56,343 bases of DNA from Nemertoderma westbladi (lineage: Eukaryota; Animalia; Xenacoelomorpha): contig JAUCBJ010002310.1 of the NCBI GenBank assembly GCA_032718475.1, positions 1 through 56,343 on the forward strand, read 5' to 3'. The translations under genes were made by a program, and so were the position numbers. Below, piece by piece: positions 36,641 through 49,774 of the stretch; position 1 is the stretch's first letter, and every line of letters begins with the position of its first letter. The notes beneath the pieces are model-generated. The model was not told where the DNA came from. It ran no database searches and saw nothing but the letters and a program-made list of their open reading frames with translations.

Positions 36641-39600
36641 AACTGCATCCACTGGAGAACAGCGTTAAATTTAATGGATTGGAGTTTCACAGGCTTATGA
36701 TCGCCAGCCATTTGTTGTTGTTTTTTTGTTTAAACTGGAGAAGAGGATAACTCGTCAAAACCCACTGGAGGTACGTCATCAGTACCACAAGGATATTGAA
36801 GCTGCCAAACAAATGTCGAAGGACGACCCAACCAAGAAGGGCCAGGGTCAAAGTCATGGTCAGCAACTTAACAAAGAAGATGACGGTAGTGTCGCTTCTG
36901 GTAAGGGTGAATCAACATGGGGAATGATGGAGATGTTTAAACAAATGATATTGAATCAAGCCGAGTTGATGCAACAACAGACGACAGCAATGATGGATAG
37001 ACAATACCAATTTATGCAGGAACATTCTAGAGCGATGGCTACACAACAAAATTAGTTCTTCCAATTTAATGGAGAGTCATAAGGTGACTGAAGATAGTCG
37101 TTTTAGAGAACTTCAGGATATGCTATCGAATGAAAGAGACAATGCAAATGAACCAAATAGTGGTAGCCGTGACCATGGTGATGATAGTGGCCGGGGTAGT
37201 AGAGGAACAGGGGCTCACCAGATACATCGCTGCACGAAGTTATCAGAGACCATACCACCTTTCGACCCAAAGAAGATGTCTATTCAAACATGGTTTGATG
37301 ATTATTATGATCGAATTATGGATGACTCTAGCGTTCCACAGGATGAACGTAGGGATCGTTTACTGGCTAAAGTTGGTCGTTTACACACGATGTTAGAAGA
37401 AACATTAGAAGAGGATGACAGAAGTGATTATCTGTCATTGAAGAAAGTTGTTGATTTATTGATTTATTGATTTATTATCAGATCATAAGGAGAATACAGC
37501 TTCTAATATAGCAACATGTAAACAAGGGATCAATGAGTCTTTGCCGGAATTCGTAGAGCGATTCATGATGGCTGTCCGCCGTCGTAGGGAACAGTTTGAT
37601 GGGAATGGAGAAGAGTCTATACTACAGGATTTCTTTGCATCTAATGTTTGCTGTGAGTTGAGTGGAAGACTTCGAGGATGGCGACGATTGAATGTGCAAT
37701 CAACCTGGAAAGAGTTATTTCGAAAAGCTTATGCTTTTTTAGATATGGAGCTTTCAAATACAGTTGTCAAATCAATTGTTAACACAAATGAAGTGGAGAC
37801 AAATGCAATTAGGGGCAATTCTAAACCAATCTCAAGTAATTATTCTGACTCGAGTTCAACTAAACTGAAGATTACTTGTTTTAATTGTAGTAGAATTGGG
37901 CATATGGCCAAAGATTGTAGAAACCCAGTGAAGTGTTGTGGAAAATTGGGATACCGAAAGATGGACTGTTTTAAGGAAAAATTGAAGCATAGTAGCAAAT
38001 CTAATGATAATTGTCGTGAATCTACCTCCAAAGAAACTGGTTGTAGTTTAGTTCAAGTTGGCTTCGATAAATTAAATCTTAATTTACTCAAGGTGTGAAT
38101 GTAAATAAATGACATGGAGTTTGTGCTGCAACTGCAATTTCATATCCAGATTATCTGCAGCGTATTCCCATACAGGTAATGAATCTGAATGAATTTCCTA
38201 TAAGGATTAATAAACATACCAAGTTGGGGTCAGTTGAATGCCTATGTATTAAAAATACAGCTGATTATTCTGTTACAGAAGATGATGAAAATATAATGTC
38301 TATGCCAGTGGGAGAGAAGTCTCGTAAAACCTGGTCTAGAGGTGATTATATATCTCGATTACATATTGAGGATGATGAGTACAGTGATGAGTCAATGAAA
38401 GATAAATTAACTATGTTCTTTATAAACACCGCGATGTTTTTGCTCAACATGAGTTAGATTTGGGATTGACGAAAGGGGTGCAACATCACATAAATACGGG
38501 AGATGCTAGTCCAATTAAGGTTCAGGGACATAGGGTTCCAATGTCGCAGTGGCCTGTAGTTGAAGAACATGTAAAATCTAAGCTAGAGAAGGATGTCATA
38601 GAGCATTCAGAGAGTCCTTGGCAATTTCGTCCAGTCTTTGCCTTGATGAAAGGGGGTGAGCTGAGGTTCTGCATTGATTTTCGACCACTTAATGAAGTGA
38701 CGCTTAAAGATGCATATCCTTTGCCATCTATTCAAGAATTAATTGACTGTATTGGTCCACAACCTACAGACACAAAGGACTTTACTTGGGGAGAGGAGCA
38801 ACAAGCTGTGATGGACGATATCAAACAAGCTTTATCAAATGCACCATGCCTTGCACATACCGATTTTAATGCCGACTTTCTGTTACAAACTGATGCTTCT
38901 CGGAGTGGGTTGGGAGCTGTGTTAGCTCAAGTTAATGATAGTAGTCGTGTACAACATGTGGCTTATGCTTCTCGTACTCTACAGGGGAGTGAACATAATT
39001 ATTCTATAAGTGATATTGAATGTCTTGGAGTTGTGTGGGCAATTAAACATTTTCGACCTTACCTATATGGGAGAAAGTTTACAGTTTATACCGATCATTC
39101 TGCACTTACCAGTTTATTAACTGCCAAAGAGTTGGATGGTCGTTTAGCTTGATGGGCACTTTGGTTGAGTCAATTCAACTGTGAGATTCGATATAGACCT
39201 GGAATGCGGATGCAGATGCATTGAGTCGACTAGTCCCTTTGTGTTGTTTGGAGAAGGAATAATGGTAACTGTCCATTGGATAAAGTTGTGTCTTCAGTTG
39301 AGGCATCAGAGATTGTTATTGAAGATGAAGTTGATGTTCATTCATTCAAAGTAGATAGTAAAACAACGAAATGATAATAAACTCAAGTGTATAATCGATT
39401 ATTTAGAAGATGGTACTTTACCAATAAAATTGAAAGCAGCTAGAAGAATTGTTTTGGAGTCAACTAATTATGAACTTAGTAACGAGTTCTTTATTCTAGA
39501 TTTAAGTCTAAAGATAGTCATAAAATTCGACTGTTAACTGTAGTTCCAGAATCCTTACGAGGTGATATTTTACATGCATACCATGGTGATAACTCGTCTG

Positions 39601-39919
39601 GTCATTTTGCAACTTCAAAAGTTTATGAATCGCTACTGAAATTTTATTACTGGCCTGGTATGTATAGTGAGGTGAATAACCAGTATAAGTCTTGTTCCAA
39701 GTGTGCTACTACTCGTATCCTATGAACAAGACATGAATTGGAATCAATAGAAGCGGAGAAACCCTTTGAAAGGGTTGGGGTCGACTTAATGGGGGCTTTT
39801 GTACCCACTGATAATTGTAATACCTATATTGCTATCTTTATAGACTATCTAACAAAGTATGCAGAGTTTGTTCCTTTGTGTGACGGCAGCGCTAAGTCGA
39901 CAGCGGATGCGTTTATGCA

Positions 39920-40074
39920 AAATTTACCCTTGCCCGATTTGTGGCATTCCATGGTTTATAGAAGGTCCATCAATGATAAGTTGTGACCGTTGTTTTGATT
40001 GGTTCCATTTTCATTGTGTCGGTATTGTTGATGAACCTGTGGAAGAAACATGGTACTGTAGTGATTGTAAATAA
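39920..40074 (+). CDS. PHD finger (C4HC3) at the 3' end of the Gypsy coding region
   Basis: YPCPICG...MISCDRCFDWFHFHCVGI....EETWYCSDCK*. Confidence 0.88.
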
Positions 40075-41189
40075 AAATAAAGGAAACAAGTTGATTATTG
40101 TTTACATCACAGTATACAGTATGTTGTAAGTTGATTATTGTTGACATTACAGTATACATAGTATGTAGTAAGTTGATTATTTGTTTATGGTATAAAATGA
40201 AAGTTTATTAATTTAAAGTTAAGAATATTTTGTTAGATGAAAGAGTATTGTTTTATGATTGATTCATATTGCCATTGTTATCAGTTGTTTAATCAGTTGT
40301 GTAATTTGAAACTAAAAGTAAATTTTATTTTATTTGTAAATGTAAAGATCGAGCCGATCTTGTGCCTGTGAGGGAGGATGTAAGGGGAATAATGTATACC
40401 CGATTACTGCAATAATTATTTATATTAGGCCTACTTTGGTAGCCTATCGGTATTTACAATGGTGACATAAGTCTGTAATTAATATGACATTATTGTTGCT
40501 TAATTAAATATACAGTATATGAATGTTTGTTATTCATATCATATTGTATTGGAGTTTAGCATCAATTAGGGTCGGTGCAGATATAACCCGGGAGAGGGCA
40601 AGAAGAACTTATCACAATAGTACAGTCTGACAGTAGTGCTGTCGTACACCTATCTCAGTATCTGCCTAGGCACTAGGTAAATCGCTAGCATCAGCATAGT
40701 GCAATAGGGCAGGGCCTAGTTTAAACTGGGAATGGGCAGACTCCGGACTGTAGCCTGCAGCGCTGTTGGTGCCGGTAGAATACAGGAATAGGCTGATCTG
40801 ATAGTGCCTAGGTCAGTTAGTCAGTAGGTGGGAGGCACTGGAGGCTCACGACTACAGGACTGCCTGAAATCGCATTTTGCCAATACCAATTCAGCTATAT
40901 TTGGTAGTTTTTGGTCAGTACTCAGTAGGTTTACAGAATGACAGTTTTAGTTAGGCCTAGTGTATCATTATTCTGTTCTGCTGTTATTGAATACAATGAC
41001 TCGATACTGAGGACTGAGCAACAATGTATTGCTTGTGTTTATATATGTTATAGGCTACATTATACAGTTATATGTATACCGATATCTAATATTGCTTCAT
41101 CAAACTTAATTCTCCATGCGTACCAGTAGCTCCTATTGGAATCGGTTACAGAAGTAGCTTGAAGTGGAAGTCTACTACAGGTAACGGTA

Positions 41190-42496
41190 CAGATATGGCA
41201 GATGATTTCCTACATCATGTGATAGGCCTACATACTATAAACTTAGGTCAAAATTTCTTGGCAACCACCCATGGTCTCGATGTTACTTCAATGCCATCGG
41301 CACCAGATACAAAGGACTACTTATTACATATTACGCAAACTTGTCAATTATTTAACATGTTTGAATTTTTTAATGAAAACAATGCCCCAAATAATGCTAA
41401 CTGCCCTCAATTAGTTGAATGCATTAGTCGTTAGTGCAGTTATGCATGATACAGTATTAACGTCAGTTTCGCTGAGTTCTAGTTCATAATATTCGAAACA
41501 ACGCCTCTGTCAGACCAAAATACAATATACCGAAATCGGCTTTGGAATATCTTCGAGATTCAGGATTCAGTTGGACCCAAGTGTAGACAATTTTAAATGT
41601 AAGTCGGAGTACTATTTGTTAAGAGTTGCTGAGTTGGACTGCAATAAGAAGACTCAATCTTTTAATAAGTTGTTATTAAAATTATATACATTTACGTTTG
41701 TAGTTGTAATTGTAATTGTTTACATCATGTTGTAACCTTAAATAAAATGCAATTTCTAATTCGGTATTAATTGCATGGCAGGAGCGCCTAGATATATTAG
41801 ATAGACACCACAGTAGTATAAAATATAATTATGTGGACGGTGATGAGGATCGGATTAATCATTTAGTTCATCAGATTATCTTGAGTGACCAGGTGATGAT
41901 GATGACGGTATGGAACGTAGCCCATATGATGATATACGATGGAGGTACTGGGACTGTGGTTCCTGCCGCTGTACCAGGTTGCAAAGCTGCTATGAGGTGC
42001 GCAAGGCGGTCGTCTGCAGCCACCTGTTGCTGTACCAGCATCTGAGTCATTGCGGCTTGGGCTGCAGCTTGCTGTTGGGCGAGAATCTGGGTGAGGTCGT
42101 TCATCCGTATGAATGAGGAGGGTGTGGGACTGCCTCCTGCTCGGGCCTTGATAGTTTCGTCGCCGCTGATTGTTGGGGACCGCGGGTGTCATTCCCCAAA
42201 AATTTATCGGTGTCAGAGTCAGACATATTGTACCGGTAGGAGTTCTGAATCCCGTCGGGGTTTGGGTTCTGAAACGTACTGCGCTATGTAATGAAGACGT
42301 GATGGACAATACCACGTATGGCATCGACTTGGAAGGACCTTACGCGGCAAACAATGAGTCAGTGGTTGATCTGCAACCTGTTGAATGCCCCATTAGCATT
42401 ACTGATATTGATTTATTCCTTAGAAACTTTCCAGAACATCATGATGGAGTAGATATCTATATCCATTGTCGTGAATTTGTTAATTCGAGACTATGA
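41190..42496 (+). pseudogene. Remnants of an IS3EU-like (HTH plus integrase-core) transposase; centre missing
   Basis: RPKYNIPKSALEYLRDSGFSWTQV*TILNVSRSTI HTH at 41512-41620; C-terminal YGIDLEGP...GVDIY...FV at ~42316-42496. Confidence 0.6.
41930..42290 (-). mobile_element. Probable fragment of another LTR element (leader plus gag N-terminus)
   Basis: MNDLTQILAQQQAAAQAAMTQMLVQQQ... Gln/Ala-rich gag-like start in a GC-richer block lying between the transposase remnants. Confidence 0.4.
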
Positions 42497-42585
42497 TATT
42501 CAATTATTGTTAATTGTCATTTATATTAGAGAATATTAGCATATGAGCTTCGATTCGATATATTAGCTTCGATACTAACTAGTTA

Positions 42586-43161
42586 CTACTACTAGGATCG
42601 GCATGCTTCAATGCAGCTGCATTTATAAGAATGCTGTGCCGGCTTATTGACAAAATTGCACCGCCACATGACCAATCACATGACAATCGCACCATGACAT
42701 TTGCTAGATCAGCCGCATCTTCAAGGCCAGTGTCCTTGAAGATGCGTCTCAAGAAAGTCATGGGCTGTCCACCATGCTTATTCACTCCATGAGGCTGCCA
42801 AAGTACAAGATTATGCACTGGCTGGTCCTCACGGCGAAAGCAATGTCCTGCAAAGCGGAGTCCGATTTTGTTCTAGTGTCAAGCTTGGGGGAACCAATGA
42901 GACACCTCCAATGTTATATAGTGTCTGGTTGGAGATGTGTGCATTGAACTTGACACAATGAACCCGGCGTAGCATTCTTGTGAATGTGCCGTCCAGAGAT
43001 TTGGTGTCCTCAGCAGTTAGAACCCAGCATGGACTCCCATAGAGGAGTACTGGAACTACTGCTGCTCTAAATAACCGGACTTTAAGTTTCCGATTAATTC
43101 TCGGTGACTTCGAAATCCTGGAAAGCCTATTCAAGGCTGCCCATGGCTTTCCCTTACGTAT
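42586..43161 (-). mobile_element. Short 5'-truncated RTE LINE copy of the same family
   Basis: Matches ~13927-14490; TSD ATACTAACTAGTTA (42572-42585, 43162-43175). Confidence 0.93.
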
Positions 43162-43436
43162 ATACTAACTAGTTAGCACTGCGGCAGTGTGAAAGGGGCG
43201 GCCTTAGGACAGGCAGAATGATGACATCATTATTTCAATACACTAACTTTTTATTAACAATTCTAATAAAAAAACAAGGCTTAGATATTTGAGCCTTTAC
43301 ATTTTACAAGTTATTCGAAGAAAATTATTGTAAGATTAAAAACTTATCTACTGTAATCAAAAAATGTTGAATCAAAAAAATTTTTGGCTAAATTATGAAA
43401 CCAAACAATAAACAGTTAACTTCGAATTATCAACAA

Positions 43437-43645
43437 AGGGCCATCCTTACACTACGTAACGCTAGGGGGGGGGGGGGGGGGGGGTCAACATATCGTGACA
43501 GTTCGTGATATACCGGATATACGAAAATTGGAACATATTGAGTGGCGTGACCCTGCGTGGGGGGGGGGGGGGTGGTTAATGGTGGTTGTGTCAAAAATCG
43601 TCCAAAACTGAAAGGAGTGGCGTCACGTAATTTGAGGATGACCCC
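43437..43645. mobile_element. MITE (Harbinger-like)
   Basis: Imperfect TIRs GGGCCATCCTTACACTACGTAACGC / GCGTCACGTAATTTGAGGATGACCCC; internal poly-G runs. Confidence 0.7.
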
Positions 43646-43768
43646 TAATGCAATAATGTATACTACTACTATAAAAGTACTGTATAAAGTTAAGTAATCC
43701 ACTAAAGTGTATCAAGTTCTAATTAATTCTAATTTAATCTCATCTAATTCTTATAAAGTTATCACAAT

Positions 43769-45500
43769 CTAGCTATCGGAAAATTTGGTCATTGTCTTGA
43801 TTCATCTCAACATTGCAATTTTAAATGCCTCATAATTGCCCACGACTGGCGGATATAACTACAATCCACATGTGTTCACTCGTGGTAGACCCTCGTAATA
43901 CGATGTTTCATCTTTCGGGTGTATAAACTTTATTGTAGGCTGGATGTCGAAGCCGAGTAAAGGAACAGAACTTGCCCCCGTGGCAAAACTCAGTAATTGT
44001 GTAAGTCCAATTGGTTCTCCATTCTCCAGTCCAAGCTCTCCAGCTATTAATATATAAATAAATAAATACTTAAAATAATTGAAAATTAATAATCTAAACA
44101 AACTATTATAGGATTCTGTATAAATCGATTCTTCTGCTGCGTGCCTTTTTGACATTATGGGTTTATACTGTAGGGTAAAAAGGTGGGCTATATTTTAATT
44201 ATTATTAATAATTATTGTGCATTCTAAAAAAAACTATTTTATATAGTACATACACATACCACTTAGATCTTGTAGAAAGTCACGCCAATACACTATGAAT
44301 CGTCTTTCCTTTCTCTCACGGTTGCTTTGGTCATGTTGAGTCCATGTAATCTCAAACATACGGTCAACCATTTCTGCAGTAACATCGATATCTTCCCCCA
44401 ATATAAAGGTTTCCCTCCGTGCAGATTTGTTACCAGTTATCTCTTCGATTAGACCACACTGACCCAAGCCTTCTCGAAATCTTAATTATAAAATAAGTAT
44501 AATATTCGAAATTAAGTTTGGAACTTCGAGCAGCACGTGAACGACTAAGCTAGTTTGTATCTAGTTTGGGACTTAGAGCAGCACGTGAACAACTAGGTAA
44601 CTGGCTATTTAGTTTTGAACTTCGTGTAGAAATGAATCAATAGAAGTTGAAAATACAATGTTTTATTTATTTATTTATTTTATTTAAACTTTTGACTGAC
44701 AAACAGACAGATAAATAGACAGACCGTTAAGTTACCCTTTCGCTTGCACTGCCACACATTACACATTTACATGTAGAATGTAAATAGATACTGTTCAACA
44801 GCAGTGCGAATCAAATCAGTGACCAGAAACTTGCACAGTCCAGCTATGAGAGATCCTTTGGTTTTCATTGCTATGGAAAGAGTAAAACAACCCGCCAGAG
44901 TGATATTACTTCGCTTGCTGTTTCAACTGCCGAGCGAAAATCATCTTCTGTGGTGCAATTCTTGATCAGTTTTTGATGTAAAAACAAATATATTTGGTAA
45001 ATATATGAAATTAATCTATGAGTGCGAGAATATTAAATTACTAATTTAATATAAAATAAATTTAGCTGTATCTACAATTCAGCAATAATTACAGTAGGCC
45101 TACAGACTTACCATCATAATCAAGGTCTATCATTTTCCTAGTTTCTGGTCCGTAGAATAATGAAGAATCGCGAATTGCTACAGTGGCTTGGCGCATGACA
45201 TCCCGACTCGGTCCACCCTGGTCTATACCCTGTTCATCATCAAACTTAACATATATCTTGTGATCAACGTTAAACGTCCTGCGGTCAAAATTTCTATAAG
45301 CACCATCTAACACGTCATCGCGCACTACATTAATTTGATTGAATTTTCCAGCATCTTCATCGTCGTAAGTTTTGGTTAAACAGGTGAGAATCTCAAATAG
45401 GGTTTCTGGGCGTGATGGGTGACTTGCTGTATTGGGTGCCTGTGACGGAAACGGCGCTGATGGCATGTTATCAACGTAATCTGAGGTCAATGGATCCTGA
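43769..45500 (-). pseudogene. Spliced G2E3-like HECT E3 ubiquitin ligase pseudogene
   Basis: Exons ..45112 (VKFDDEQGIDQGGPSRD), ~44980-44792, 44480-44260 (FREGL..YWRDFLQD) and 44043-43769 (LSFATGASSVPLLGF..LPRVNTC). The last two introns are GT-AG and phase-compatible; stops in the last exon. Confidence 0.82.
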
Positions 45501-46161
45501 ACTGATTTTAGTACCGGTATTTCAATCATATCATTAAATATTCTGGTATCTTGTTGAGCATGAGCGACCATGAGCGGGATAGGGTTGTTACCGCAAGTAA
45601 GAAAAACCCAACCTTGGGACGTCACTCGATACAGCGATATGAAGATATGCGGTAGCGGTAATTTGAAGACCAACAATTTATTATCTACATTTTGATAACA
45701 CAAACAAAGGCGTTATGGAGGGAAACATCAAGAAAAAAACCGTTCATTCACATAGGAATGCAGGAGACACCTGCTACTCACAAACCAAGTCAAACAATAA
45801 AGGAACTTACCATTTCCACAGTCAGACAGTAAACAATTAATTATGGATCCGTTTGTTACCTGTAATTGGTAGTAGTTCGACCCGTCCTTTACTCAAATAG
45901 ATGAATAATTACCGGTCTGCCGGTAAGTGTATGCTGATACTGTAAGATTAGTGACTCTATGAGCTGACCGAAAATATCGCTACAGCCAGAAATCATAAAT
46001 CGGGGCAGAAATTACACCCATGAGCTGCGCTAAGTTTAGTAATTAGCGGACCTAGCTAAACTTTCGGGAACACAGAACAGATAAGGCTGTAAGGTGTCTG
46101 ACTGAATGTCGAAAAGAAAGTAAGCGTCAGCTTCCAGTCAGTAGGTATAATAATCTATCTA

Positions 46162-47557
46162 TCTAATATATATAAATATCGATTGTCTGTCTGTCTGTCT
46201 GTCTGTGTGTTTGTCATCGGCTATACAATCGAACCCATCTCGATGAAATCTCGCTTGCTATAGCTCGTTAGAAAGGTCTCGCTCTAACTCGTTGCAACGT
46301 AATACTCAGAGTCGTCTGAAGTTCGCCCGTCTGCCGCTAGAGGGCGATTTTCGTGATTTTCGGGCGAAATTTATCGAATTATTTCGGTTCTTCTATCGGT
46401 AATTAATTATTTAGAGGGCTAACATTTATCCCATCTGGTATAAAATTAACATGGGTAGATTCGCCGTGTCCCATTCTCACAAAGTTTTTATTTTATTCGA
46501 GTGTTTAATATAAATATGTATGATTATTTATTGATTAAAATCCAAATAGTGTATAAATATGTCATATTCGCCAAGCACGATCGAATTGGCCTATTCTTAG
46601 TGCTGTAGTGAATAGGGAAGGATTTTTTTCTGTATCATAGCAACGTTAAGGTAATTATTGAAATCGCAGCTAGCTGGGCACAGATAAGGAGCAAGCCAGG
46701 TTGTAGTGTTGATTGGGGTGGGTTTGGGTTGTCTGTTGCGAACTGCTCAAGTGTAATTCTGCTTTCTCAATCATTGGCTGCATGGAAGGAGAGGTTTATA
46801 ACATTTTTGTTTTACTGTTATGAATATTAAAAGTAAAATAATTATTTCTGTAGGCCTATACTTACTGTATTATTATTTTATCTAATATTATACATCTAAT
46901 CTCGATGAAATCTCGCTTACTATAGCTCGTTAGATAGGTCTCGCCCTAACTCGTTGCAACGTAATACTCAGAGCCGTCTGAAGTTCCCCCATCTGCCGCT
47001 AGAGGGCGAATTGTCCCAGCGTTGTATACAGTCCCCCCATCTGCCGCTAGAGGGCGACATATCTGATAGTGAACACCTCATCCCATTTGGTTCTTTTTAA
47101 TCCTATTGAGCTGGAACTTGGCAGGAATCTACTACAGCATATTCTGTATCATTACGGAGTCCCAGAGTCGTCTACAGTTCTTCAGTCTACCGCTAGAGGG
47201 TGAAATGTCTGAATGTGAACATCTACACCAATTTTGTTATTTACAATCTGTTTAAGCTGAAACTTGAAAGGCAGGCATTTTACTTCACCATAAACTCCAT
47301 CTTTACCAAACTGCAGCGCCGTCTGCATTTCACCAGTCCGCAGGTAGAGGGTGGATCTGAAAGTGATCATTTTCTGGAAATTTTGTTATTTACAATCTGC
47401 CTAAAGTTGAAACTTGACAGTTATATCTTATGGGGGTGGTGTTTTATTTAATGATGGTGTCTATTCCGTATGCAGTTCTCGAATCTCCCACACATATTCA
47501 TATATCATCTGCACGTGCACTAGAAAGCTGTGGCCCGAAGGGCCACAGGCTTTCTAG
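46162..47557 (+). mobile_element. Non-autonomous Helitron, type A copy 1
   Basis: 5' TC, (TCTG)n near the 5' end, 3' hairpin GTGGCCC-GAA-GGGCCAC followed by 11 nt ending in CTAG. Confidence 0.85.
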
Positions 47558-48949
47558 TCTAATATATATAAATATCGATTGTCTGTCTGTCTGTCTGTCT
47601 GTTTGTCATCGGCTATACAATCGAACCCATCTCGATGAAATCTCGCTTGCTATAGCTCGTTAGAAAGGTCTCGCTCTAACTCGTTGCAACGTAATACTCA
47701 GAGTCGTCTGAAGTTCACCCGTCTGCCGCTAGAGGGCGATTTTCGTGATTTTCGGGCGTAATTTATCGAATTATTTCGGTTCTTCTATCGGTAATTAATT
47801 ATTTAGAGGGCTAACATTTATCCCATCTGGTATAAAATTAACATGAGTAGATTCGCCGTGTCCCATTCTCACAAAGTTTTTATTTTATTCGAGTGTTTAA
47901 TATAAATATGTATGATTATTTATTGATTAAAATCCAAATAGTGTATAAATATGTCATATTCGCCAAGCACGATCGAATTGGCCTATTCTTAGTGCTGTAG
48001 TGAATAGGGAAGGATTTTTTTCTGTATCATAGCAACGTTAAGGTAATTATTGAAATCGCAGCTAGCTGGGCACAGATAAGGAGCAAGCCAGGTTGTAGTG
48101 TTGATTGGGGTGGGTTTGGGTTGTCTGTTGCGAACTGCTCAAGTGTAATTCTGCTTTCTCAATCATTGGCTGCATGGAAGGAGAGGTTTATAACATTTTT
48201 GTTTTACTGTTATGAATATTAAAAGTAAAATAATTATTTCTGTAGGCCTATACTTACTGTATTATTATTTTATCTAATATTATACATCTAATCTCGATGA
48301 AATCTCGCTTACTATAGCTCGTTAGATAGGTCTCGCCCTAACTCGTTGCAACGTAATACTCAGAGCCGTCTGAAGTTCCCCCATCTGCCGCTAGAGGGCG
48401 AATTGTCCCAGCGTTGTATACAGTCCCCCCATCTGCCGCTAGAGGGCGACATATCTGATAGTGAACACCTCATCCCATTTGGTTCTTTTTAATCCTATTG
48501 AGCTGGAACTTGGCAGGAATCTACTACAGCATATTCTGTATCATTACGGAGTCCCAGAGTCGTCTACAGTTCTTCAGTCTACCGCTAGAGGGTGAAATGT
48601 CTGAATGTGAACATCTACACCAATTTTGTTATTTACAATCTGTTTAAGCTGAAACTTGAAAGGCAGGCATTTTACTTCACCATAAACTCCATCTTTACCA
48701 AACTGCAGCGCCGTCTGCATTTCACCAGTCCGCAGGTAGAGGGTGGATCTGAAAGTGATCATTTTCTGGAAATTTTGTTATTTACAATCTGCCTAAAGTT
48801 GAAACTTGACAGTTATATCTTATGGGGGTGGTGTTTTATTTAATGATGGTGTCTATTCCGTATGCAGTTCTCGAATCTCCCACACATATTCATATATCAT
48901 CTGCACGTGCACTAGAAAGCTGTGGCCCGAAGGGCCACAGGCTTTCTAG
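47558..48949 (+). mobile_element. Non-autonomous Helitron, type A copy 2
   Basis: 1392-bp near-identical tandem copy; CTAG|TC junctions. Confidence 0.85.
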
Positions 48950-49774
48950 TCTAATATATATAAATATCGATTGTCTGTCTGTCTGTCTGTCTGTTTGTCA
49001 TCGGCTATACAATCGAACCCATCTCGATGAAATCTCGCTTGCTATAGCTCGTTAGAAAGGTCTCGCTCTAACTCGTTGCAACGTAATACTCAGAGTCGTC
49101 TGAAGTTCACCCGTCTGCCGCTAGAGGGCGATTTTCGTGATTTTCGGGCGTAATTTATCGAATTATTTCGGTTCTTCTATCGGTAATTAATTATTTAGAG
49201 GGCTAACATTTATCCCATCTGGTATAAAATTAACATGAGTAGATTCGCCGTGTCCCATTCTCACAAAGTTTTTATTTTATTCGAGTGTTTAATATAAATA
49301 TGTATGATTATTTATTGATTAAAAACCAAATAGTGTATAAATATGTCATATTCGCCAAGCACGATCGAATTGGCCTATTGGTATTGAATAGGGAAGGATT
49401 GTTTTCTGTATCATAGCAACGTTAAGGTAATTATTGAACTCGCAGCTAGCTGGCTGGGCACAGATAAGGAGCAAGCAGGCTGGAGTGTTGATTGGGGTGG
49501 GTTTGGGTTGTCTGTTGCGAATTGCTCAGAGTAATTCTGCTTTCTCAATCATTGGCTGCATGTAAAAGGAGAGGTTTATAACATTTTTGTTTTACTGTTA
49601 TGAATATTAAAAGTAAAATAATTATTTCTGTAGGCCTATACTTACTGTATTATTATTTTATCTAATATTATACATCTAATCTCGATGAAATCTCGCTTAC
49701 TATAGCTCGTTAGATAGGTCTTGCCCTAACTTGTTGCAACGTAATACTCAGAGCCGTCTGAAGTTCCACCGTCT

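Larger units (their letters stand above)
36394..40616 (+). mobile_element. Internally deleted Ty3/Gypsy LTR retrotransposon
   Basis: LTRs 36394-36627 and 40379-40616 (TG...CA); TSD ATAG; PPT GAGGGAGGA; gag knuckle CFNCSRIGHMAKDC; RT start (FCIDFRPLN), RNase H (TDAS, YTDH) and integrase (VGVDLMG) remnants. Confidence 0.95.
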
